A stretch of DNA of 16,276 nucleotides from PVC group bacterium (lineage in GTDB: Bacteria > GCA-001730085 > JADFSZ01): the NCBI GenBank assembly GCA_022560555.1, contig JADFSZ010000015.1, positions 1 to 16,276 on the forward strand, written 5' to 3'. How positions within the stretch are numbered: position 1 is the stretch's first letter; each line of letters begins with the position of its first letter. Below are positions 6,375 through 14,568 of the stretch, piece by piece. The notes below the pieces were generated by a model. That model was given only the letters and a program-made list of their open reading frames with translations, made no database searches and had not been told where the DNA came from. A program made the translations under genes and the position numbers.

Positions 6375-7832
6375 CTAATCTTTAGATAGGCCCTTAAGTA
6401 TGTTCAATGCAGTTTTTTGGCTTATCCCGGGCACTTTCAAAATTTCCTTCTTTGATGATCGTGAAAGTTTTTTCACTGATCCAAAGTGCCTAAGAAGGCG
6501 TTTTTTCAACACGGGGCCTATGCCGGGGATAGCATCAAGGTGACTTTCCAAAAACACCTTCGAGCGTAAGGATCGATGATAGGCCAGACTAAAGCGATGA
6601 GATTCATCCCGTAAAGCTTGGAGAATCTTTCTCGCATAAGAATTACGTCCAAGTATAATAGGTGCCTTTTGGTTTGGAATAAATACCAATTCCTCTCTCT
6701 TGGCTAAGGCGGCTATGGTATAACCCATGATACCGAGTTGATCCAGCGCCTTTATCGCGCTCGTAAGTTGTCCTTTTCCTCCGTCAATAAGAATAAGGTC
6801 CGGGATGGATTCCTTATTTTTAAGTATTTGTTTGAACCGCCGGTATAAGATTTCTTCCATCATGGCAAAATCATTGGGTCCTTTTACTGTTTTTATACGA
6901 AACTTTTTGTAAGCTCTTTTATACGGTTTTCCGTTATGGAACATCACACTTACCCCTACTGAAAGCTCGCCGGATATGTTCGATATGTCATAAGCTTCCA
7001 TCGAAACAATCCGGGACGTCATCTTTAATTTTTCCTTCAGTTCAATTAAACCTCTGGTGATACCCCGAGACCACGCATCACTTTTTGCTAACGATATCGT
7101 TAACAATTTTTTTGCCATAATCCATTGTTTTTTGATCTTTGCCGCTTTCTCAAAGTCCTGTTTTTGTGAAACATCCAGCATCATTTTATACATATCACGT
7201 ATCATTGATTTTTGTTTCCCTTCCAAAAACTCACAAATTTTTCTTATCGTCTCTTTATAATGATCAAACGATTCCTTTTTGATACACGGGGCACCGCACA
7301 ATCCCATTTGATCATAGATACAGGACTCGGGATACGATTTATGTCCGACTTCCCGGGGACAGTCACGATAGGGATATTTCTTACGCACATGCGCTAAAAG
7401 ATTTTTCACGATGCGAGAGCTTGGGAAAGGGCCAAAATATTTTCCTTCCCCCTTCATAGCACGATAGCTGAATAAAACCCGTGGAAACATCTCGTGAGTA
7501 CTGATATACACATAGGGATATGTCTTATCATCCCGGAGGAGAATATTGAACGGGGGTTGATAATTTTTAATCAATTCGTCTTCCAAAAACAAGGCTTCAT
7601 CTTCCGAGGCCGTTACGTCAATATGAATATCCTTGGTTTTTTCCGTCAATTTCCGGACTTTCACCGATAATCCTTTTTTATGGGAAAAATAGGACTTCAC
7701 CCGTTTTTTTAGAGACTTGGCCTTTCCGACATATAACACTTCCCCGAGAGCATCACAAAAACGATAAACCCCCGGAGCGTCCGGAATCTGCTTGATTTTT
7801 TGATCCAATGATTGAGATTTACCTGAAGCCAT
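6375..7832 (-). CDS. uvrC: Excinuclease ABC subunit C (UvrC), an unusually short form
   Basis: 485-aa ORF. It has a GIY-YIG domain (GVYRFCDALGEVLYVGKAKSLKKRV), a four-Cys cluster (DCPRE...SCIYDQMGLCGAPC), a UVR domain (DFEKAAKIKKQW), the C-terminal endonuclease domain (MEAYDISNISGE...LILIDGGKGQ) and an (HhH)2 domain (IPGIGPVLKKRLLRHFGS...VPGISQKTA). Confidence 0.93.
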   Translation of the reverse strand: MASGKSQSLDQKIKQIPDAPGVYRFCDALGEVLYVGKAKSLKKRVKSYFSHKKGLSVKVRKLTEKTKDIHIDVTASEDEALFLEDELIKNYQPPFNILLRDDKTYPYVYISTHEMFPRVLFSYRAMKGEGKYFGPFPSSRIVKNLLAHVRKKYPYRDCPREVGHKSYPESCIYDQMGLCGAPCIKKESFDHYKETIRKICEFLEGKQKSMIRDMYKMMLDVSQKQDFEKAAKIKKQWIMAKKLLTISLAKSDAWSRGITRGLIELKEKLKMTSRIVSMEAYDISNISGELSVGVSVMFHNGKPYKRAYKKFRIKTVKGPNDFAMMEEILYRRFKQILKNKESIPDLILIDGGKGQLTSAIKALDQLGIMGYTIAALAKREELVFIPNQKAPIILGRNSYARKILQALRDESHRFSLAYHRSLRSKVFLESHLDAIPGIGPVLKKRLLRHFGSVKKLSRSSKKEILKVPGISQKTALNILKGLSKD

Positions 7833-7923
7833 AAATACTATAAATCCTTATTTATCAATATCTTACATATCGTTACGCTTTGGGCTCGTACTTTGATCAA
7901 CCGAAAAAAACGCACGAAACGTG

Positions 7924-7951
7924 TTGACGAATAAAACCTCATTCGTATAAT
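7924..7951 (+). promoter_or_regulatory. Near-consensus sigma70 promoter for rpsT
   Basis: TTGACG (7924-7929), a 16-nt spacer, then TATAAT (7946-7951). This sits about 80 nt upstream of the rpsT ATG, in the only divergent intergenic region of the window. Confidence 0.55.
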
Positions 7952-8032
7952 AGCATTTTCGTGAGCAATGGATGTAAGTTCTCGACTTAATTTAAGAATT
8001 CTAAAAACACTAAAATTGAAAGAGTAGGCCCT

Positions 8033-8296
8033 ATGCCGAATTCATCATCAGCCATCAAATTCATGCGGCAAACTAAAAAGAGGACAGCAAAAAACATGGC
8101 TGTCAAATCAACGATTAAAACGACAGTCAAAAAGCTTCGTGATGTGATCGACAGCAAACAAGATGCAGCTCAATGCCTCACAAACGCTTTTAAGGTTATC
8201 GATAAGGGCGTCTCCAAGGGTATCCTCAAAAAAAATACAGCCAATCGAAAAAAAGCCCGTTTGTCTCTCCTTGTTAACAAAGCGGCTAAATCCTAG
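8033..8296 (+). CDS. rpsT: 30S ribosomal protein S20
   Basis: 87-aa highly basic [28 protein letters not shown]... and the C-terminal [15 protein letters not shown] match the S20 family pattern and size. Confidence 0.93.
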   Translation: MPNSSSAIKFMRQTKKRTAKNMAVKSTIKTTVKKLRDVIDSKQDAAQCLTNAFKVIDKGVSKGILKKNTANRKKARLSLLVNKAAKS

Positions 8297-8811
8297 ATAG
8301 GGTTTTTCTCCGTTAGTATTTTCTGATAAGCTTCAAAGGCATTTTTTCCAAAACAGACAAAGATGACTTTTTGGATTTTCAGAAATTTTTTCAACGCGGC
8401 AATTGTTTCTTCCAGCGCGATACACGTAGCCCTCTCAAGTGGAAATCGATAAGCACCTGTGCTGATGGCCGGGAAAGCTATGGATGTAATCCCCAATTCA
8501 CTCGCCCTTTGAAAACACTTTTGATAACAACTTCTTAAAAGCTCATCTTCGTTTTTATTCCCACCCGTCCACACGGGACCAACCGTATGAATAACCCATG
8601 AGGCCCCAAGATTATAGGCTTTCGTAACTTTCGCGTCTCCCGTAGAACATCCGTTTAGTGTCCGGCATTCCACAAGTAATTCCGGCCCTGCCCCGCGATG
8701 AATAGCGCCATCGACACCGCCTCCGCCTAAGAGACTTTCATTCGCGGCATTCACGATGGCATCCGCCTTCACTTTTGCAATATCATCTTGAATAATTTCG
8801 ATTTTCTCCAT
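8293..8811 (-). CDS. ymdB: Macro-domain protein, YmdB/MacroD-like O-acetyl-ADP-ribose deacetylase
   Basis: 172-aa ORF that is colinear with E. coli YmdB as I recall it: [54 protein letters not shown]. Its start lies 4 nt after the queF stop. Confidence 0.88.
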   Translation of the reverse strand: MEKIEIIQDDIAKVKADAIVNAANESLLGGGGVDGAIHRGAGPELLVECRTLNGCSTGDAKVTKAYNLGASWVIHTVGPVWTGGNKNEDELLRSCYQKCFQRASELGITSIAFPAISTGAYRFPLERATCIALEETIAALKKFLKIQKVIFVCFGKNAFEAYQKILTEKNPI

Positions 8812-8815
8812 AGTT

Positions 8816-9238
8816 TTATTTCTTCATTTTATTTGAATATTCAGCTTCGACTGTCATGCCTATACCACCCCGGACGTGAAATTCTCCACGGACAGTCATA
8901 TGGCGCGGTTGCGCGGCAAGGACAAGATCCTCAAGAATATTATTTACGGCGGATTCGAAGAACGTTCCGACATCTCGATAAGAAAACAAGTAAAGCTTTA
9001 AAGATTTTGACTCGATACAAAGTCTATTTGGGATATATCTAATAATAATGCGTGCAAAATCAGGCTGACCCGTAATAGGACAAACGGATGTATACTCAGG
9101 ACAATCGAAAGTTATAGTATAATTACGTTTGAGATGGCGATTATCAAACGTTTCTAGAATTTTTTTATCCGGTTTTCTTGGATATTGTTTATGTCCCATA
9201 GAAAGCCACGTTAATTTTGATTTCTTTTTTCTTGTCAT
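8816..9238 (-). CDS. queF: NADPH-dependent 7-cyano-7-deazaguanine (preQ0) reductase, unimodular type
   Basis: 140-aa ORF with the catalytic Cys motif [12 protein letters not shown] and the QueF motif [18 protein letters not shown] Shine-Dalgarno sits 7 nt upstream of ATG 9238. Confidence 0.93.
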   Translation of the reverse strand: MTRKKKSKLTWLSMGHKQYPRKPDKKILETFDNRHLKRNYTITFDCPEYTSVCPITGQPDFARIIIRYIPNRLCIESKSLKLYLFSYRDVGTFFESAVNNILEDLVLAAQPRHMTVRGEFHVRGGIGMTVEAEYSNKMKK

Positions 9239-9286
9239 AGGAAAACTCCATTTTCGACTTAATGATATTTTCTGCTTTTTGTTTTT

Positions 9287-9979
9287 CTATCCGCTATACG
9301 CTATTGGATCTTTCATGCCTGCTTCCTTAAACCCTTTTCGCCGTAACACACAGCTGTCACAAACTCCGCAAGCCATCCCGTTGGGATCCGGATTGTAGCA
9401 GCTGGTTGTCATACTATAATCTACGCCGAGAGACACCCCCAAACGGATGATTTCTGATTTTGTTAATTGGATAAGAGGTGCCTGAATTTTTAGTTGAAAC
9501 CCCTCAACTGCCTTTTTTGTCGCTAAATTTGCAAGCTTTTGAAATGCCTCAAGATATTCCCCGCGGCAATCCGGATAACCGCTATAATCCACCGCGTTCA
9601 CTCCGATAAAGATACCTTCGGCCTCAAGGGTTTCCGCCCAAGCCAGGGCATAGGACAAAAATATCGTGTTTCTGGCAGGGACATACGTAATGGGAATACC
9701 ATTTGCTATTTCACTTTCGCATCTATGACTCGGCACATCAATGTCTGCCGTTAAGGCAGACGCTCCAAAGGCTCTTAGGTCAATTTTTATCACCCGGTGT
9801 TCATGAACCGCGCAGGCTTTGGCTATAGCCTTGGCGCTCTCAAGTTCAATAACATGCCTCTGCCCATAATCAAAAGTTAGAGCATAGATCTGATAATCTT
9901 CACTTCGGGCGATGGCTAACAGCGTTGTCGAATCCAATCCGCCGGACAAAAGAACAACAGCTTTTTTTGTACCGTTCAT
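9287..9979 (-). CDS. queC: 7-cyano-7-deazaguanine synthase
   Basis: 230-aa ORF with the PP-loop [13 protein letters not shown], the YGQRH motif, and a C-terminal zinc Cys cluster (SCYNP...[11 protein letters not shown]). Confidence 0.95.
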   Translation of the reverse strand: MNGTKKAVVLLSGGLDSTTLLAIARSEDYQIYALTFDYGQRHVIELESAKAIAKACAVHEHRVIKIDLRAFGASALTADIDVPSHRCESEIANGIPITYVPARNTIFLSYALAWAETLEAEGIFIGVNAVDYSGYPDCRGEYLEAFQKLANLATKKAVEGFQLKIQAPLIQLTKSEIIRLGVSLGVDYSMTTSCYNPDPNGMACGVCDSCVLRRKGFKEAGMKDPIAYSG

Positions 9980-10039
9980 TTTGCCTCGATCCTGATCTTT
10001 ATTTTAAGCGCACACCCCTTGGTGTCTTATTGATTTTAA

Positions 10040-10067
10040 CGCATGTCGCATGACGCACAACGCATGG
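10040..10067. repeat. Four tandem heptads: CGCATGT CGCATGA CGCACAA CGCATGG
   Basis: Read directly from the sequence in the 94-nt spacer between the xerC stop (10074) and the queC start (9979). The period is exactly 7. Confidence 0.7.
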
Positions 10068-10073
10068 CGGCCT

Positions 10074-10952
10074 TTATGCTCTCGGATGTGCTTTTTTATA
10101 AACTTCCTTCAGACGTTCTGTCGTCAAATGTGTATAAATTTGGGTTGTAGATAAACTTGCATGTCCCAACAGCTCTTGTACGCTTCTCAAGTCGGCTCCT
10201 CTATCCAGCAAATGCGTCGCAAAGCTATGGCGAAGCGCATGCGGGGAGATATCATAATTCAAGGCTGTTTGTTTAATATATTTTTTCATCATACGCTCTA
10301 TGCTCCTGACACTCAATCTGCCGCTCGACTTATTTAAAAACAGATACCGCTTATTGTCCTCTCGTTTCTGTAAATATTTTCTAAGGGAAACCGATGCCAA
10401 TTTACCCATGGGGACAAGACGTTCTTTTTTGCCTTTACCTCGCGCGCGAATAACATCTGCGATCAAATCAACATCTCTGATGTCCAACGAGGCTAACTCG
10501 CCTACACGCAGGCCCGTACTGTAAAGCATCTCAAGAATGGCACGATCACGCAAAGAAAATAGTTTATCAAGGTTAGGCGCCTCCACCAAAGCCTTCGCTT
10601 GTTCGACATCCAAAAATTTTGGAAGTTTTTTCATCAATTTTGGGGTTGCCAGGCCATAAAACGGCGTTTCCTCTACAATATTTTCACGGGTCAAATACCG
10701 GAAAAAACTCCTCAAGCTGGCCAATCGGCGTGCAACTGTACGACGCTCAAGATTCCTGGATTGCAGAGTGGCTAAATATTTTCGTGCCTGCGCAAACCGG
10801 AACTTCTTCAAAAAAGAAAGTTCGTCTTTTTTCTTTATTAAGAATATTTTGTAGAAAGACAGGATGTCTCGAGAATAGCTATCCAGCGTGTGATGCGAGA
10901 CGTTCTTTTCCGCCTCAAGATATCTTAAAAACCTCTCAAGATATCGATACAT
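10074..10952 (-). CDS. xerC: Tyrosine site-specific recombinase of the XerC/XerD family
   Basis: 292-aa ORF. The N-terminal core-binding domain (FLRYLEAEKNVSHHTLDSYSRDI) and the catalytic region (GLRVGELASL, RHSFATHLLDRGADLRSVQELLGHASLSTTQIYTH) are present. Its position after topA mirrors the Firmicute dprA-topA-...-codV(xerC) arrangement. XerC versus XerD cannot be decided from sequence alone. Confidence 0.9.
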   Translation of the reverse strand: MYRYLERFLRYLEAEKNVSHHTLDSYSRDILSFYKIFLIKKKDELSFLKKFRFAQARKYLATLQSRNLERRTVARRLASLRSFFRYLTRENIVEETPFYGLATPKLMKKLPKFLDVEQAKALVEAPNLDKLFSLRDRAILEMLYSTGLRVGELASLDIRDVDLIADVIRARGKGKKERLVPMGKLASVSLRKYLQKREDNKRYLFLNKSSGRLSVRSIERMMKKYIKQTALNYDISPHALRHSFATHLLDRGADLRSVQELLGHASLSTTQIYTHLTTERLKEVYKKAHPRA

Positions 10953-10955
10953 CTT

Positions 10956-13016
10956 TTAGACTTTCTTATCATTTTCATCCACATCATCTTCATTTTGACT
11001 TTTCGGAAGTTTATTGGCCTTGTACTCACATTTCGGGTACTTGGAACATCCATAAAAGGTTCGGCCGCGGGCGCGCCTGGCTACAAGCTCTCCATCACAA
11101 TTTTCTTGGGGGCATTTCACCATAGTTGTTATCGGTTTTGAAAAGGTGCAATTCGGATACTCCCCGCATGACAAGAATTGCCCAAAACGCCCTAGCTTAA
11201 TCACCATGGGCTTACCGCATTTGTCACACACATGATCCGTCGGAATAGATACCTTGCGCATACCTCGTAGTTTTTCCTTAGCCTTCTTCAAGTCACTATC
11301 AAATTTTTCATAAAATTCTTTCATGACCGACACCCAATCTGTATGCTCTTCTTCGATACCATCCAATTTTTCTTCCATCAAAGCGGTAAACTCAACATTG
11401 ATAATATCCGGAAAATGTTTCACCAACAGATCATTTACAACCTCTCCGACAGGTGTTGGAAAAAATCGTCTATTTTCTTTATGTACATAATCTCTATTCT
11501 GAATCGTCGCGATAATGGACGCGTACGTGCTCGGACGTCCGATACCGTGCTCTTCCAATGCCTTTACCAATGTGGCCTCTGAGTACCTCGGAGGTGGTTT
11601 TGTAAAGTGCTGATTGGGATTTAATGTCACGAGTTCCAGGGCATCATTCACGCCCAAAGGAGGGATCAGACTTTCATCTTCTGCTTGAGACTCATCCCCA
11701 TTTTTTTCGTCTTCATCAGCTTTCTTTTCCTCAGTTTCATCTTTGAATGCCGCTAAGAAACCGTCAAAAATAACTGTCGTCCCGGAGGCCCTCAACATAC
11801 AATCTCCTGCTTTAATATCGACTGAGACGATTTCCAATTGTGCGGGAAGCATTTGACTCGCGAGAAATTGACGCCAAATGAGGGTATAGAGCCTCATTTG
11901 TTCCGTTGTTAGAAACTTCTTCATCTCTTGGGGCGTTTTTTCGATAAAAGTCGGTCGTATGGATTCATGAGCTTCTTGAGTATTCTTTTTGCGCGTTGTA
12001 TAGACCGGAGGTTTTTGGGGAAGATAGTCTTTCCCAAAATTTGAAAGAATAAAGTCGGCGGTGGCTTTCTGGGCCTCGGGGGCCACACGTACGGAATCCG
12101 TACGCATATAAGTGATAAGTCCAACAGATCCTTCCTTACCCAAATCAACACCTTCATAAAGCTGCTGAGCGACACGCATAACCCGTTGGGCCGTAAAACG
12201 CAATTTATTAACTCCCTGCTGTTGTAATTGACTTGTGGTTAGAGGAGGGAAGGGGTTCCTTTTCTTCTGACGTTTTTGAACATCATGGACAACGTACGAA
12301 CTTTTTTGAAGATCTTCTACAATAGTCTTAGCCTGCGTTTCATTGTTGATGTCCGCCTTTTTCCCGTCAATTTTATCAAGCTTAGCAAGAAAAACATCTC
12401 CCGAATCTTTTTTCAGCTCGGCAACAACGGACCAATATTCTTCAGACTTAAATATTTTGATTTCGGCTTCTCGCTCACATATCAGGCGCATGGCCACCGA
12501 TTGGACACGTCCCGCGGATAGACCGCTTCCGATTTTCTCCCACAGTAAAGGGCTGATACGATAACCGACAATACGATCGAGTATGCGCCGGGCTTGTTGG
12601 GCATTAACTTTTGCCATATCTAATTGGGTAGGGTGCTTAAAAGCATCATTGACAGCCTTTTGTGTTATTTGATTGAATGTCACCCTGAAAAAACGTTTTT
12701 CAGCATCTTTATCATCCACTTTTAAAAGGTTTGACAGATGCCACGCGATCGCTTCTCCTTCACGATCCGGATCAGGAGCAAGATATATTTTCTCGGCAGT
12801 TTTAGCCGCTTTTGTCAGATCACTAATAACTTTTTTTCGGCCCGTAACATTCACATATGTCGGTTTAAAATCATGAGAGATATTCACTCCAAGTTCCTTC
12901 TTCGGCAAATCCATAACATGTCCCATGGACGATTTCACAACGTACTCAGGACCCAAGTATTTATTAATTGTTCGACATTTTGCCGGCGATTCAACAATGA
13001 CAAGATATTTTGGCAT
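10956..13016 (-). CDS. topA: DNA topoisomerase I (type IA)
   Basis: 686-aa ORF with a Toprim N-terminus (LVIVESPAKCRTINKYLG), the active-site Tyr motif LITYMRTDS, and two C-terminal C4 zinc ribbons (CDKCGKPM...CGEYPNC and CPQENCDG...CSKYPKC). An AAGGA Shine-Dalgarno sits 6 nt upstream. Confidence 0.97.
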   Translation of the reverse strand: MPKYLVIVESPAKCRTINKYLGPEYVVKSSMGHVMDLPKKELGVNISHDFKPTYVNVTGRKKVISDLTKAAKTAEKIYLAPDPDREGEAIAWHLSNLLKVDDKDAEKRFFRVTFNQITQKAVNDAFKHPTQLDMAKVNAQQARRILDRIVGYRISPLLWEKIGSGLSAGRVQSVAMRLICEREAEIKIFKSEEYWSVVAELKKDSGDVFLAKLDKIDGKKADINNETQAKTIVEDLQKSSYVVHDVQKRQKKRNPFPPLTTSQLQQQGVNKLRFTAQRVMRVAQQLYEGVDLGKEGSVGLITYMRTDSVRVAPEAQKATADFILSNFGKDYLPQKPPVYTTRKKNTQEAHESIRPTFIEKTPQEMKKFLTTEQMRLYTLIWRQFLASQMLPAQLEIVSVDIKAGDCMLRASGTTVIFDGFLAAFKDETEEKKADEDEKNGDESQAEDESLIPPLGVNDALELVTLNPNQHFTKPPPRYSEATLVKALEEHGIGRPSTYASIIATIQNRDYVHKENRRFFPTPVGEVVNDLLVKHFPDIINVEFTALMEEKLDGIEEEHTDWVSVMKEFYEKFDSDLKKAKEKLRGMRKVSIPTDHVCDKCGKPMVIKLGRFGQFLSCGEYPNCTFSKPITTMVKCPQENCDGELVARRARGRTFYGCSKYPKCEYKANKLPKSQNEDDVDENDKKV

Positions 13017-13039
13017 AAGGTTTCCTTTTAGAATAAAAT

Positions 13040-13435
13040 CTACTCAGGTTTGTCTTTATCCTTTTGGTTTTTATTTTCGCTTTTCTCACCAGTTGCTTTC
13101 GGCAACTCATCTTTATTTTTAATTGCTTTTTCTGTCTTCTCTTCAACAATATTTTCTTTTTGGGTCGGCACTTCCTTTTCCTCTGATACCTCAGGCTCAT
13201 CTTGAGCTTCAAGTATTTCCTTTGGAATATCACGTGTGCCTGAAAACCGATTTGGATCGGCAAGACCTGTTCCGACAAAATCGGGGCTTGTTAAATATTG
13301 ACCGCGTTCGTCTTTTGCTATCACATGGATCTGTCCCTTGACCTTGACTTCTCTTTCAACCATATCAGCTTTGGTTCCGAAACGGTTTGAATCTAATTTT
13401 GCCGATTTTTTTACTTTTCCTTTTTGCTTTGCCAT
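13040..13435 (-). CDS. Hypothetical protein: basic N-terminal half, Glu/Lys-rich low-complexity C-terminal half
   Basis: 131-aa ORF wedged between dprA (stop 1 nt upstream of its ATG) and topA (23 nt downstream). A strong AAGGAG Shine-Dalgarno (13444-13449) sits 8 nt upstream of ATG 13435. I recognise no family. Confidence 0.7.
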   Translation of the reverse strand: MAKQKGKVKKSAKLDSNRFGTKADMVEREVKVKGQIHVIAKDERGQYLTSPDFVGTGLADPNRFSGTRDIPKEILEAQDEPEVSEEKEVPTQKENIVEEKTEKAIKNKDELPKATGEKSENKNQKDKDKPE

Positions 13436-13436
13436 T

Positions 13437-14519
13437 TTACTTTCTCCTTACATAGATTTGTCCCGGAAGCTGCCTGATTTTGCCCATAAGTTCTAATTTT
13501 GTCAATCTCGTTGTCAAAAGGGGAATCGAAAGCTCTGTTCTTTGATGTAAAGCATTCACTTGAATTCCCTCATGATCAATAAATTCCATAAGACCAAACT
13601 CATCATCCTGTTGTTCTTTACTCTCGTTGCCCATGGATATTTTTGTCAACATTTTGATATTCAATTCTTCGAGAACCTCTTCAGGATGTGTCAGCATACA
13701 CACGCCCTCCTTGATGAGACGAAGGGCGCCTTGAGAGGTGATACTATCCAGTTTCCCCGGAATGGCAAATGTTTTTTTGCCCTGCTTCTTAGCATACTGC
13801 ATGGTGATAAGGGATCCGGAGCGGCGCGCAGCCTCAACAACAATGACCCCTTTCGCGAGAGCACTGATGATACGGTTTCTCTTGGGGAAATTTTTTGGCA
13901 AAGGCGGCGTCATCATGGAAAACTCAGAGATCAATAATCCCTGATTTTGAATTTTTTTGGCCAGATCTCTATTTTCCGGCGGATACATATCCCCAAGACC
14001 GCTTCCTAAAACCGCTATTGTTTCTCCTTGTGCTGATAGGGCCCCTCTGTGAGCAGCACTATCAATACCGCGTGCCAACCCGCTAATAACTGTTAATCCT
14101 TGATTTGAAAAATACCATCCATAATGTTCTGCTGTTTCACGGCCGTACAAGGACGCCCTTCTGGAGCCGACAATAGCAATACCACTTATACCTGTGAGAC
14201 TCCCACCGCCTAACACATATAGGACCAAGGGCGGACTTTGAATGGACTTTAATGACTCAGGATAGTCCTCGTCTTCGATTGTGATAACACGTATCTTATT
14301 CTTTTTAACTAACGCAAGTTCTTTATCCAACCAATCCTTCGGAAGTTTTTGTATTTTTTCAACTAAGGTTTGTGCAAGAATACCTTTACGCTCGAGTACA
14401 CTCAGGCTTTTAGAAAAGACCTCACGGTAACTTCCCAAACAGTCTTTAATCTTTCGGACCCTCACCGGCCCGATTCCGCCAATGCTGTTAAGGGCTATAA
14501 GTGCCTCACGATCCGTCAT
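13437..14519 (-). CDS. dprA: DNA processing protein DprA (Smf)
   Basis: 360-aa ORF with an N-terminal HhH/SAM-like region (LNSIGGIGPVRVRKI), the Rossmann-like DprA core (IAIVGSRRASLYG...VISGLARGIDSAAHRGAL...IAVLGSGLGDMYPPEN...LISEF) and a C-terminal winged-helix-like tail. Confidence 0.93.
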   Translation of the reverse strand: MTDREALIALNSIGGIGPVRVRKIKDCLGSYREVFSKSLSVLERKGILAQTLVEKIQKLPKDWLDKELALVKKNKIRVITIEDEDYPESLKSIQSPPLVLYVLGGGSLTGISGIAIVGSRRASLYGRETAEHYGWYFSNQGLTVISGLARGIDSAAHRGALSAQGETIAVLGSGLGDMYPPENRDLAKKIQNQGLLISEFSMMTPPLPKNFPKRNRIISALAKGVIVVEAARRSGSLITMQYAKKQGKKTFAIPGKLDSITSQGALRLIKEGVCMLTHPEEVLEELNIKMLTKISMGNESKEQQDDEFGLMEFIDHEGIQVNALHQRTELSIPLLTTRLTKLELMGKIRQLPGQIYVRRK

Positions 14520-14568
14520 TATTTTTTAAAAACCTTTCCAATACATGAGTATAATATCAACTCTATCA

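Noticed and set aside
7904-7923. CACG-AAA-CGTG hairpin adjacent to an A7/T7 run as an intrinsic terminator.
   Set aside because: The stem is only 4 bp (5 with a wobble on the plus strand), which is too weak for a confident terminator call. I mention it only in the rpsT/ymdB antisense finding.
8293-9979. queC/queF next to DNA enzymes as a 7-deazaguanine DNA-modification (Dpd-like) system, or the macro domain as a DarG antitoxin.
   Set aside because: The window has no TGT-like DpdA, ParB-like DpdB, helicase genes or DarT-like partner. QueF (preQ0 to preQ1) points to ordinary tRNA queuosine synthesis. The macro protein is colinear with housekeeping YmdB.
9239-10073. preQ1 riboswitch upstream of queC or queF.
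   Set aside because: The only hairpin upstream of queC has a 4-nt loop, too small for the preQ1-I P1/L architecture. The A-rich queC-queF spacer has no stem. A covariance-model scan is still advisable.
10074-10952. Tyrosine recombinase as a phage or island integrase marking a mobile element boundary.
   Set aside because: The sequence is Xer-like throughout. It sits 3 nt after topA in the conserved dprA-topA-xer synteny, and there is no flanking tRNA, direct repeats or phage genes.
12991-13278. 95-aa Lys-rich minus-strand ORF overlapping the 131-aa hypothetical gene and the topA start.
   Set aside because: It is an alternative frame through the same low-complexity AAG/GAA-rich DNA. It would overlap the topA start and has no SD. 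The 13040-13435 frame has a strong AAGGAG SD and fits the operon spacing.
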